DNA from: Eubacteriales bacterium
Lineage (GTDB): Bacteria; Bacillota; Desulfotomaculia; Desulfotomaculales; Nap2-2B
Reading direction: 5' to 3'
NCBI GenBank assembly: GCA_041653135.1
Contig: JBAZGB010000006.1
Location: 628 to 64,627, forward strand
Length of the DNA stretch: 64,000 nucleotides
Position numbers and translations under genes: made by a program. The notes under the pieces are model-generated. The model searched no databases. It had not been told where the DNA came from and worked only from the letters and a program-made list of their open reading frames with translations. This document shows positions 55,648 through 64,000 of this stretch, piece after piece. How positions within the stretch are numbered: position 1 is the first letter of the stretch; each line of letters opens with the position of its first letter.

Positions 55648-56493
55648 TTACGATGACGCAGCCTCAATAAAAGCCTTCAGGTTTTTCAAAGGGGTATCGA
55701 TGACAAGGTCGCAGCCGAAAGAAGGCATGTAGTTTGCATAAGGTTTCATGCGTTTAATGAGGTTTTCAGTTTCCTGCCGCACCTGTCCGGGGGTCATTGC
55801 GGCCATAACCCGGATAGGGTCGATGTTTCCAATCAGGACAATATATAAACCTCAAGCTTCCCAAATATTTTTCTTAGGTTTTTACCTACATACCGCTCAA
55901 ACATCCGGGGGATAAAATTACTGCCGACGGTTCCGATATCTGGATTAGTTTTGCTCCTGTTTTGCTCACCTCGATTGCAAAATTTAATACCACATCCGTG
56001 GTAAAGATCATCAATTCTTCAACAAAATCCGGATTTCTGATGATGCTTCTGGTCAAATCGGTGGCGCCCGCCAGTTCCACCGCCAGGGTAAAAGGCCCGA
56101 CCGGAGACACAGCCAGCGGTTTTGCGAAGTAATCCGCGATCAGCTTCAAAGCCTGCAGATAAACCGGCATATTCCCATTGTTACGGGGATCAGGAACTCT
56201 CATTTTTTTAAGACGGTGGAATCTTTGACTGTATTTTCAAGCGTGCTCGGAAAATCGTAGTCCGGCTTAATCAGGGGCAAACCGAGTGTTTAAACGAAAA
56301 TAGCGCTGTAATCCAGTGGGTAGATAAAATCCATACCCGCCAGATCATCCATCACCCGCGCTACTTCCAACTGCTTCAAAGGATCGAGGTAAACCTCGTA
56401 CATCTTGTATCCAGTGTGTTTTAAACCTGCAGCGCCATTTTGCGGGTAAACCATCCTGGTTCTTTTCGTCTTCAGATAATCAGCCAGATTCAT
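55648..56493 (-). pseudogene. URO-D-family methylcobamide methyltransferase (MtaA/MtbA-like), fragmented with an internal deletion
   Basis: There are three pieces. The N-terminal 67 aa run 56493-56290 (MNLADYLKTKR...). The middle piece runs 56203-55886 (...VGPFTLAVELAG...ISEPSAVILSP). The C-terminal piece is about 55850-55648 (LIGNIDPIRVMAAMTPGQVRQE...SFGCDLVIDTP). The central block normally found between the second and third pieces is absent. Confidence 0.65.
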
Positions 56494-56494
56494 T

Positions 56495-57140
56495 TTACTG
56501 CCCCTGTTTTTCTTTCATCAGCCTCAAGGAGAGCTTGACCGCCCCCGGCGCGTTGGCGGCATACCCGTCTGCTCCAATAGATTTGGCGAAGGCAAATGAC
56601 ACAGGTCCCCCGCCTACGATTACAAACGGCTTTTTTGCAACACGCCTTGTTCTTAGATCGTCAATAATATTTTTCATTTCAGGCATGGTAGTCGTCATTA
56701 AAGAAGATATTCCTATAATATCGGCGCCTGTTTCCAAAGCCCTGTCAGCAAACAAACGGGACGGGACATTCCTGCCCAGATCACAAATTTCAAAACCAGC
56801 CGCTTCAAGCATCATGACGACGATGTTTTTACCTATATCGTGTGTATCCCCTTCAACAACACCGATCGTAATCTTGCCGGCCTGTCTAATCTTGTTTTTT
56901 AAGTGAGGTTCTAAGATCCGTATACCCGCGTACATTGTATCTGCGCATACAACAACCTCAGGCACAAAATATTCGTTTTGTTCAAACAACAGGCATGCCC
57001 CCGGAAAGGCCTTGCAATATAGCTTCTTCTGCGTTTATTCCCAATCTGACTATTTCGTTTGTGTAAAAGGCCACCTTATCCAGATCCATTTCCACCACAG
57101 CGTCAGCAAGCCTTTTAAATAGCTCCTGCTTGTCAGGCAG
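56495..57140 (-). pseudogene. Corrinoid (B12-binding) protein, frameshifted between the cap and Rossmann domains
   Basis: The Rossmann part holds the DxHxxG motif (GDTHDIGKN) in the 164-aa ORF. The helical cap (ELFKRLADAVVEMDLDKVAFYTNEIVRLGINAEEAILQGLSGGM) is in another frame and ends at a TGA near 56985. No canonical start codon follows the AAGGAGG at 57149-57155. Confidence 0.75.
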
Positions 57141-57477
57141 ATAGAATTCCTCCTTGAAAAATCAAAATTCAGTCTTCGCTCTTTACAACCTGGTCATTGC
57201 CCTTTCATGTTGGTTTATATATATAAAAAGCGAGCAGTTAAAAACCGCCCTGTTCCATCCGGAAAAATTAGTACGCCACACTTACCAGTCGTTGATAAAA
57301 ATATTATATATAAATAATCATTTGTAACACAAATAAATAATATCTATTATCTCCAGCATTACTAATCGACAGATTTTATCATTAATCGACCAAAGTTAAG
57401 GGCAATTCCACACAAAACCATGCAGAACTGCCCTTTTTTAATAATGAGCTTATTGTTTACCGGTTGCCTAAAGCAAT

Positions 57478-57699
57478 TTATTCTTTAATAAAGACAATGT
57501 TAATAGCTTTAACCAGAGCATTCACTTTATCGCCTTTTTTAAATCCCGCTTCTTCCACACTGTCTCGCGTCATCACGGACGTGAGTCGGATGTTGCCATC
57601 CAGTCACCCGCCAACTCACATGGTTACTTGAGCCATTACATTATCCATTTTAATATCCGCAATCTCACCATTAATGTTATTACGTACTCCAGCTTCCAC
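57478..57699 (-). pseudogene. Mop/TOBE molybdopterin-binding (molbindin)-like gene with two in-frame TGA codons
   Basis: The GTG at 57699 follows GAAGGAGGTG. The 74-codon frame is intact: VEAGVRNNINGEIADIKMDNVMAQVTM-TGA-VGG-TGA-LDGNIRLTSVMTRDSVEEAGFKKGDKVNALVKAINIVFIKE. The TGA codons are at 57618-57616 and 57606-57604. Confidence 0.65.
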
Positions 57700-58084
57700 G
57701 CAAAACACCTCCTTCAAGACAGTTTTATTTAAAAAATACTCTTACCATTGCTGCTTTATGTCTGAACATATCCGCCTCAGTTAATTCTTCCTTGATAACT
57801 TCACCGATATTCAAGAATAATTTTCCTGTCCAGTCATAAGCAACCCTTATTATTATGTGCACTAATAATATAATATATTTATTGCCATGTCAATATTAGG
57901 AATCGAACTTACTTTTAGTGGGAATGCCGCAGATGGTTGAGTAGAAACATATCTGACAATTGTTGTGCCCTGGGAGATTATTGGTCCATTAACATACTGA
58001 AAACATACTGAAGAAAGTGTTTTCCTTCCGAATTGTGATTAGGGAGGAAAATATTGCTTTTTCCATATTTTAAGAGTAATTTCA

Positions 58085-58101
58085 GTTTAGACTCAGTCTA
58101 A
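58085..58101. promoter_or_regulatory. Operator-like palindrome upstream of the DUF4405-like gene
   Basis: tttagact-c-agtctaaa has perfect 8-bp arms and is flanked by direct ttcagt repeats, ~60 nt upstream of the ATG at 58158. Confidence 0.35.
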
Positions 58102-58157
58102 ATTCAGTTTGAGCGGTTACAATCTATTATACAGGTATAAATAAGGGATGTGAAAAG

Positions 58158-58997
58158 ATGAACCGGATAAAAGGATCAAAAGTCAACTTACTGTTGGATA
58201 TTGTGCTTTTGTTGATATTTTTGTTTGTATATGAGCAAAAAGCTACCGGCAACATCGTCCATGAATGGTTAGGCGCTGCAATTGTCGTCATACTTGTTAC
58301 CCATGTGCTGTTGCACTGGCAATGGGCTGTAAGCTTTACCAAGAGGTTTTTACAAAAAATAGGCGCCGAACAGCGTATAAATTACATGCTTGATGCTGCT
58401 ATCTTTATCAATTTCACGACTATATTATTTTCAGGCCTGATGATGTCCAAAGTATTACTGCCAATAATAGGATTAAGAAGTTCAGTCAGCCCCTTTTGGA
58501 AGTCCCTTCACTCGGTGTCAACAGACATAATATTGCTGCTTGTAGCGATCCATATTGGCCTGCACTGGAATTGGATTATAAATAACTTTAAACAGCTGTT
58601 AACACCCGTTGAAGGGTATAAGTATGAAGCAAATACATCTGCTCCAAAAACGCTTGGACAAGATTTAATTAGCATTGGAGGCCGTATTTTTATTATTTTT
58701 GCAGTGTCGGGAGTTCTTGCGCTTGGATGGTATTCCTTTTCAACCACCTCCAAAGCCTCATCATTTGCCCCTCATAAAACCGAAATGAGGCGCCAGCAGG
58801 GTAGAAACAATATAATGCTGCAAAATACGCAAGAAGGTGAAATACCGGATAGAACCCATCAAATGCAAGAGGGCAGGCATAAGCAGGGTTTTTCATTAGC
58901 CGATACAACTGCCGGTGTGGTAAAAAATATGGCAGTGATATCATTTATAACAGCTATTATAGTTTTTCTCAGGAAAATAATTCGAGCTAGATCCTAA
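58158..58997 (+). CDS. DUF4405-like (cytochrome-b-like) membrane protein
   Basis: Four or five TM segments carry conserved His residues (HEWLG, THVLLHWQW, IHIGLHWNW), and the tail is basic. Confidence 0.5.
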   Translation: MNRIKGSKVNLLLDIVLLLIFLFVYEQKATGNIVHEWLGAAIVVILVTHVLLHWQWAVSFTKRFLQKIGAEQRINYMLDAAIFINFTTILFSGLMMSKVLLPIIGLRSSVSPFWKSLHSVSTDIILLLVAIHIGLHWNWIINNFKQLLTPVEGYKYEANTSAPKTLGQDLISIGGRIFIIFAVSGVLALGWYSFSTTSKASSFAPHKTEMRRQQGRNNIMLQNTQEGEIPDRTHQMQEGRHKQGFSLADTTAGVVKNMAVISFITAIIVFLRKIIRARS

Positions 58998-59082
58998 AGA
59001 ACAGGATATTTATACAAATAGAAAGTCTCTAAGCAAAACATATATTTAATAAACAAGAAACATTATTTATTTAGAAACAAAA

Positions 59083-59118
59083 ACCCATCTTTCTAAAGAT
59101 TAGATGGGCTTTTCTCTT
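59083..59118 (+). terminator. Terminator after the DUF4405-like gene
   Basis: Stem cccatct (59084-59090) pairs with agatggg (59103-59109), followed by a T-rich tract. Confidence 0.5.
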
Positions 59119-59178
59119 TTAAATTTAAATTGGTGCAGCATTTGTTGGGCATTTTGTTTTGCTTGATACTTAAAAACA

Positions 59179-59254
59179 TGGTAGCCCTAACGGGACTCGA
59201 ACCCGTGTCTCCACCTTGAGAGGGTGGTGTCCTTAACCGCTAGACGATAGGGCC
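59179..59254 (-). tRNA. tRNA-Glu (anticodon CUC), encoded CCA
   Basis: The minus strand reads ggccctatcgtctagcggttaaggacaccaccctCTCaaggtggagacacgggttcgagtcccgttagggctacca. Confidence 0.88.
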
Positions 59255-59432
59255 ATTTATATTGTTTAATTCTCAACAAAGCAAAATTATAGCATAACCT
59301 GTCTTATCCGGCAAGCTAAAAAGAGAGAGCTAAAAAATGAAACAGGTCTGTTTCTGAAGTTCACTATTCAGAAATCAACTGGGCGATAAGTTTGCCCTCG
59401 AAGACCGGGTGAATAAAATTTTTAATTATGTC

Positions 59433-59462
59433 TTGACAGATTCATAGAGGATGTTTTAGTAT
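59433..59462 (+). promoter_or_regulatory. Sigma-A-like promoter of the amt-glnK operon
   Basis: TTGACA (59433-59438), 18-nt spacer, TAGTAT (59457-59462). Confidence 0.5.
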
Positions 59463-59500
59463 AACCTATAAATAATACGAAGCGGTATTTTTGGCGAAGG

Positions 59501-59606
59501 AGCCTTTAGGTGGGGATGATCCCAACTAAAGGCTTTTTATGTGGTTTGGCGGGCGCTATGGAGGAGCAGGGACGCTTGGGTAAAGAGTGTCCTTTTTTAA
59601 TTCTCC
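59501..59606 (+). promoter_or_regulatory. amt leader with two tandem terminator-like hairpins (candidate attenuator/antitermination target)
   Basis: Hairpin 1 pairs gcctttag(g)tggg with ccca(a)ctaaaggc and is followed by ttttt (59502-59538). Hairpin 2 pairs ggacgc with gtgtcc and is followed by tttttt (59570-59606). Both lie between the promoter and the ATG at 59681. Confidence 0.5.
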
Positions 59607-59680
59607 GCAAAGATGCATTGCGGCCTGTTGCAGGCGCATTGAAAGCGAAGTCTTAAATATTTTTAAGGGGGTATTATAAA

Positions 59681-61084
59681 ATGAAAAAATCTTTGATTGG
59701 ATCTGTTCTTCCTCTGGCACTTATGTTTTTGTTGCTTGGTCCGGGTGTGGCTGGAGCGAGCGAGGCGGCGGCTGATACGGGGGATACCGCTTTTATCATA
59801 ATCAGCTCGGCGCTGGTTCTGCTTATGACGCCGGGGGTGGCTCTGTTCTATGGGGGAATGGTCCGCAGAAAAAATGTCCTGAGTATTTTTATGCAGTGTT
59901 TTATTATTATGTGCCTCGTTTCAGTACAATGGGTCTTATTCGGTTACAGCCTTGCATTCGGACCGGATCTGGGTCATCTAATCGGTTCTTTGAAATGGGC
60001 GGGGTTGAGCGGAGTTGGTCAAAGCCCGTTTCCCGACTATACGGCTACTATTCCGCACCAGGTGTTCATGCTCTTTCAGCTTATGTTTGCGATTATCACC
60101 GCCGCGCTGATCACCGGGTCTTTTGCCGAGAGGATGCGTTTTCCGGTGTTCCTGGTATTCGTATTGCTCTGGACGACATTTGTATATGATCCCCTGGCGC
60201 ACTGGGTCTGGGGTATTGGAGGATGGCTGCGCGGTCTTGGAGCTCTGGATTTCGCCGGAGGGACGGTCGTTCACATCAGTTCCGGAGTATCCGGGTTGAT
60301 TGCTGCGCTTATTTTAGGCCGGCGCAAAGGGTACGGCAGCGGGCCTATCCTGCCGCATTATCTGCCGATGACTGTGCTCGGGGCTGCCTTGCTCTGGTTC
60401 GGCTGGTTCGGGTTCAATGCGGGTAGCGCTCTGGCGGCCAACGGCCTGGCCGCAAGCGCCTTTATGACGACGAATACGGCAGCCGCAATGGCTGCGCTTT
60501 CCTGGGTATTTGCCGAGTGGCTTCATCACGGCAAACCGACCATGCTGGGGGCGGTTAGCGGCGGTGTCGCCGGTCTGGTAGCCATAACTCCGGCCGCCGG
60601 GTTTGTAGGCCCAATGTCGGCGTTGGCAATCGGTCTGGTTGCCGGGGTGATCTGTTATTTAGCGGTGAGCGTTTTAAAAGCCCGCTTTGGTTACGACGAT
60701 TCGTTGGACGTATTTGGGGTGCATGGTGTTGGAGGCACCTGGGGCGCGCTGGCGACAGGGTTGTTTGCGTCTACGGCAATCAATCCGGCCGGGGCAAACG
60801 GCTTGTTTTATGGCAACCCGTCGCAGCTTTTAATTCAGCTTGTTGGTGTATTGACAACCTGGGTTTTTGCCGCGGTTCTAACTGCCGTGATTCTAAAAGC
60901 GATAAGCCTGGTAACCCAACTCAGGGTAAGTGAGGACGATGAAGATCAGGGTCTCGATCTCAGCCAGCATGGCGAGGATGGTTTTGCAGATCTGGTTATC
61001 GGTGTTCCTTTAGTGCAAAGCTTCTCATTTACGGAAGAGAGCGCGCCGGTTTTAAAGGAATCGTCCGCAGGTGTTCAACATTAG
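59681..61084 (+). CDS. amt: Ammonium transporter
   Basis: Signal/TM start. Amt/MEP signatures: [41 protein letters not shown]. Confidence 0.95.
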   Translation: MKKSLIGSVLPLALMFLLLGPGVAGASEAAADTGDTAFIIISSALVLLMTPGVALFYGGMVRRKNVLSIFMQCFIIMCLVSVQWVLFGYSLAFGPDLGHLIGSLKWAGLSGVGQSPFPDYTATIPHQVFMLFQLMFAIITAALITGSFAERMRFPVFLVFVLLWTTFVYDPLAHWVWGIGGWLRGLGALDFAGGTVVHISSGVSGLIAALILGRRKGYGSGPILPHYLPMTVLGAALLWFGWFGFNAGSALAANGLAASAFMTTNTAAAMAALSWVFAEWLHHGKPTMLGAVSGGVAGLVAITPAAGFVGPMSALAIGLVAGVICYLAVSVLKARFGYDDSLDVFGVHGVGGTWGALATGLFASTAINPAGANGLFYGNPSQLLIQLVGVLTTWVFAAVLTAVILKAISLVTQLRVSEDDEDQGLDLSQHGEDGFADLVIGVPLVQSFSFTEESAPVLKESSAGVQH

Positions 61085-61113
61085 AATATTATTTTGAAAG
61101 GAGCGTTAAGAGC

Positions 61114-61452
61114 ATGACCAAGATAGAATGCATTTTGCGCCCGGGAAAACTGGAAGATGTCAAGAACGAACTGGGTAAATTTGGTATCAAGGGTATGACC
61201 GTAACCCAGGTAATTGGCTGCGGTCTGCAGAAAGGGCACACTGAAGTATACAGGGGCGCTGAATACAATATAAATCTTATTCCTAAAATAAAGGTTGAAA
61301 TTGTAATTAAAGATGAGGATGCCGATAAAGTAGTCAGTCTTATTTCAAAGGCTGCGCGTACCGGGCAGACAGGAGACGGTAAAATCTTTATCTATCCCGT
61401 GACCAGCGCTGTTCGTATCCGTACAGGTGAAAAAGGAAACGACGCCATTTAG
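61114..61452 (+). CDS. glnK: P-II nitrogen regulatory protein
   Basis: 112 aa with T-loop YRGAEY and TGQTGDGKIF. It is co-transcribed with amt. Confidence 0.92.
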   Translation: MTKIECILRPGKLEDVKNELGKFGIKGMTVTQVIGCGLQKGHTEVYRGAEYNINLIPKIKVEIVIKDEDADKVVSLISKAARTGQTGDGKIFIYPVTSAVRIRTGEKGNDAI

Positions 61453-61592
61453 ACAAATCCCTTGCAAGCAGCCATCCGTCTGTCTTGTTGCCGGACGGAT
61501 GGCTGTATCTTTTATCCTTTGTTAACGACGCAGGATTTGGACAAACTAAACCCCGGGAAATTATAGCTTTATCTATTGCAGGAGGGGGAAAA

Positions 61593-62332
61593 ATGCGTCC
61601 TCTTTGGAAGGGATTTATAACTTTTGGGTTGGTATCTGTGCCAATTAAGCTTTATACCGCTACTCAGTCCAAAAGCATCAGTTTTACATTGACCCACAGG
61701 GGATGCGGGCATCCTGTCCAATACCGGAAGTTTTGCGAAGTTTGCGAAAAGGAAGTTACGCAGGATGAAATTTTAAAAAGTTTTGAATTTGCCCCGGGTC
61801 AATTTGTGGGTTTCACCGAGGAGGAATTAAGGGAGATTCCAAGGCTGAGAGCAAAACAGATCGAGATTTCCGATTTTGTGGATTTGGAAGAAGTTGACCC
61901 TGTCTACTTTAAAAAAAGCTATTATCTCGCCCCGGGAGAGGGAGGCGAAAAACCATACGCGCTGCTGCTTAAAGCTATGCTGGACAGCAATCGCGCAGCT
62001 ATAGCCAGGATTGTCCTGTCCACAAAAGAGAACATCGCAGCGATTAGAGTTTATGAAAAAAATACGCTGTCCCTTTCCACAATTTACTATCCCGATGAGA
62101 TAAAACAACCGGAGACCCTGGATTTATCCCCTGACCGGGTTACGGAAAAAGAGCTGTCCATGGCTAAACTTTTGATCGATTCGCTGACTTCTCCCTTGAG
62201 CCGAAAAAGTACCATGATAATTTCAGGGAAACATTAAAAGGTTATATTCAAAGGAAGATTGCTGATGAAAAGTTCCATCCCAGTTTAATATCTACTCCAT
62301 CTGGCCGCGCCTTCAGCAGAAGGGGGATCTAA
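61593..62332 (+). pseudogene. ku: Ku (NHEJ DNA end-binding protein), frameshifted near the C-terminus
   Basis: MRPLWKGFITFGLVSVPIKLYTAT... is intact up to ...AKLLIDSL (~62180). The conserved continuation (F)SLEPKKYHDNFRETLKGYIQRKI is in the +2 frame and ends at 62332. The current frame stops at 62237. Confidence 0.8.
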
Positions 62333-62407
62333 TGGCTGGTTTTTTCGCCCGGCAGTACGATCTCAAACACCTTCTGGCCAAAAGGTAAAAATACTGTGGG
62401 ATTCGCA

Positions 62408-62925
62408 TCAGACAAAATATTCGATGCGTGCGCCATGGAAATGCCTTTCGGTAAGGGAGGTTAAAAAAGTTTTTATTTCCTGAAAAAGTTCTTCCGTGTA
62501 AATGTATTTCCCATAGCCGAACTGGCCAAATTTAAAAGCCCTGGATTGTTCGTCCAGATCCAATTCGGTTTGTGAAAAAACATCCAGAATGGCAGCCTTG
62601 GCCCTTTTCGTAAAGCGGTGGCTGACAAATTCAAAAGTAAGCCCTTCTTTATGATCCTTTAAAACGCTGGAAGCTTTACTGAAAAGTTCCTGGTAGTGTT
62701 TTTTCCACCCGTCGACCGCAATAACCGGGGCTACGAGAAACTCTGCAGGGTATCCGGCCTCAGCAGCTTTTTTAGCTGTAGCTAGCCGGACCGGTAAAAC
62801 AGGTGTGGCATGCTCGAATTTTTTAATCAGCGCGTCAGGGTTTATGCTTAAACGGAATCTGGTTTTTCCTCTGTGGTCGGCGTCAAGAAGTGAACCGATA
62901 TCGCTTTGAGATAATTGTGATTATC
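62408..62925 (-). pseudogene. Spore photoproduct lyase (SplB)-family radical SAM protein, C-terminal ~160-aa fragment only
   Basis: The minus-strand frame reads ...LLDADHRGKTRFRLSINP...RLATAKKAAEAGYPAEFLVAPVI..GW..Y.ELF...LTFEFVSHRFTKRAK...FKFGQFGYGKYIYTEE...ARIEYFV-stop. There is no start codon, and the radical-SAM CxxxCxxC N-terminus is absent. Confidence 0.75.
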
Positions 62926-63087
62926 GCCCTGGGCAGGCCGGCAGAAGAGATCAGCCTGGAGGAAATAGGCGGTAACGGGGATATTAGGTACTGGCGTGAC
63001 AGCAAAAATATCCACCATGTACCCAAACGGCCCCTGGACGAAATAATCATCGGGCGGGCAGTAGGGCGTATTTTTAAAAAATCTTAA
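62890..63087 (+). pseudogene. Nitroreductase-family C-terminal fragment
   Basis: IVIIALGRPAEE...IRYWRDSKNIHHVPKRPLDEIII is the family C-terminus. The N-terminal ~100+ aa are missing. Confidence 0.6.
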
Positions 63088-64000
63088 TTACTTTTCTGCC
63101 AGGCGGTGGGCATACGCCTGCCCATACCGAAAGCCCTGGAAGTTACTTTCAGGCCGGGCGCGGCCTGGCGCCGTTTGAACTCAGATTTGTTTACTTTCCG
63201 GATAACTTCCCTGATGACGGACGGATCGTATCCCAAAGCATCTATCTCATCGGCGGTTTTATCCTGTTCGATATATGTCTGGAGGATTTCATCCAGTACC
63301 TCGTAAGGCGGAAGAGAATCCTGGTCAACCTGTCCCGGTTTTAATTCAGCTGAGGGCGGTTTTGTCAGGACACCGGCAGGAATAATTTCCTGATTGCGGT
63401 TTATAAATGAAGCGAGTTTATAAACCATTGTTTTGGGAATGTCTGAAATTACAGACAGGCCGCCTGACATATCTCCGTATAAAGTACAATAGCCTACCCC
63501 CAGTTCTGATTTATTCCCTGTGGACAAAGTAAGATAACTTTCACGGTTGGATATAAACATCAGGATATTGCCGCGTATACGGGCCTGGAGATTCTCTTCC
63601 GCCAAATCGGAAAGGCATGTCCCGTCTTTATTGAAAAGTTTGAGATAGTCGGCGAATAAGTTTTGAATGGGTATTTCCCTGTAAGATATGCCAAGGTTTT
63701 CAGCAAGTCCCTGGGCATCGGTAAGACTGCCGGGTGAAGAATAGGAAGAAGGCATTGCCACCCCCAGCACATTGTCCTTGCCCAGTGCTTCCGCAGCCAA
63801 AACCGCAGTAACCGATGAATCGATTCCTCCACTGAGTCCGACAAGCCCTTTAGAAAAGCCCGTTTTAAAAAAGTAATCGCGGATTCCAAGAACAAGGGCA
63901 TGGTAGACGTTGCCTATATCTTCCGGAAGGGGAGAATAGAATTTTTTGAACCCGGAAAAAATATTTTCTCCTTTTATATGAAGGTTCTTTGCTTCGATAT
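63084..64000 (-). CDS. nadE: NAD+ synthase (NadE), partial; the 5' end lies beyond the window
   Basis: The frame is open to position 64000. GLSGGIDSSVTAVLAAEALG (PP-loop), AMPSSYSS, and LSTGNKSELGVGYCTLYGD are present. Confidence 0.9.
   Translation of the reverse strand, partial: IEAKNLHIKGENIFSGFKKFYSPLPEDIGNVYHALVLGIRDYFFKTGFSKGLVGLSGGIDSSVTAVLAAEALGKDNVLGVAMPSSYSSPGSLTDAQGLAENLGISYREIPIQNLFADYLKLFNKDGTCLSDLAEENLQARIRGNILMFISNRESYLTLSTGNKSELGVGYCTLYGDMSGGLSVISDIPKTMVYKLASFINRNQEIIPAGVLTKPPSAELKPGQVDQDSLPPYEVLDEILQTYIEQDKTADEIDALGYDPSVIREVIRKVNKSEFKRRQAAPGLKVTSRAFGMGRRMPTAWQKSN

Noticed and set aside
57604-57618. Two in-frame TGA codons in the Mop-like gene read as selenocysteine or recoded codons
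   Set aside because: I know of no selenoprotein in the molbindin family, and the lesions sit four codons apart. I saw no convincing SECIS-like hairpin immediately downstream. TGA is used as an ordinary stop by many genes in this window, and the two neighbouring genes are also broken. A pseudogene is the simpler reading.
57740-57860. 39-codon minus-strand ORF (LLYDWTGKLFLNIGEVIKEELTEADMFRHKAAMVRVFFK) upstream of the Mop-like gene
   Set aside because: It may be the C-terminal relic of another gene of the decayed cluster. It is too short and carries no diagnostic motif, so it is not annotated.
59341-59440. TnrA/GlnR site (TGTNAN7TNACA) upstream of amt
   Set aside because: I found no 17-bp match to the consensus by eye. 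Only an unrelated 8-bp inverted repeat is present.

Overview
This 64-kb chromosomal window looks like a spore-forming Firmicute of the Clostridia (Peptococcaceae-like). That is inferred from gene content: the Bacillus-type long SRP RNA-dnaX-ybaB-recR-bofA synteny, a GerXB germination permease, and a CsaB/LCP/TagA cell-wall polymer cluster. Most of the window is ordinary housekeeping: RumA-type rRNA methyltransferase, LepB, DEAD-box helicase, PolX, modDABC, a NifS-like desulfurase with YedF, a sugar ABC importer, amt-glnK and nadE. RNA genes are tRNA-Ser(GGA), tRNA-Arg(CCU), tRNA-Glu(CUC) and SRP RNA. No CRISPR array, transposase, integrase or recognisable defence system was found. Six things stand out. 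(1) Two partial copies of the tRNA-Arg 3' end, each with a copied terminator hairpin, bound small integrase-less islets of unknown-function genes. (2) The density of decayed genes is unusually high, at about 11 fragments or frameshifts, and includes an entire corrinoid methyltransferase module. (3) One frameshift sits inside a perfect 20-bp palindrome that looks templated. (4) A short dispersed repeat family is present, and one locus is built like a ~190-bp MITE. (5) dnaX carries an in-frame A-AAA-AAG slippery heptamer. (6) The mod and amt operons have structured leaders. Several tightly coupled operons of unknown function are flagged as candidates, but none can be assigned a function from sequence alone.
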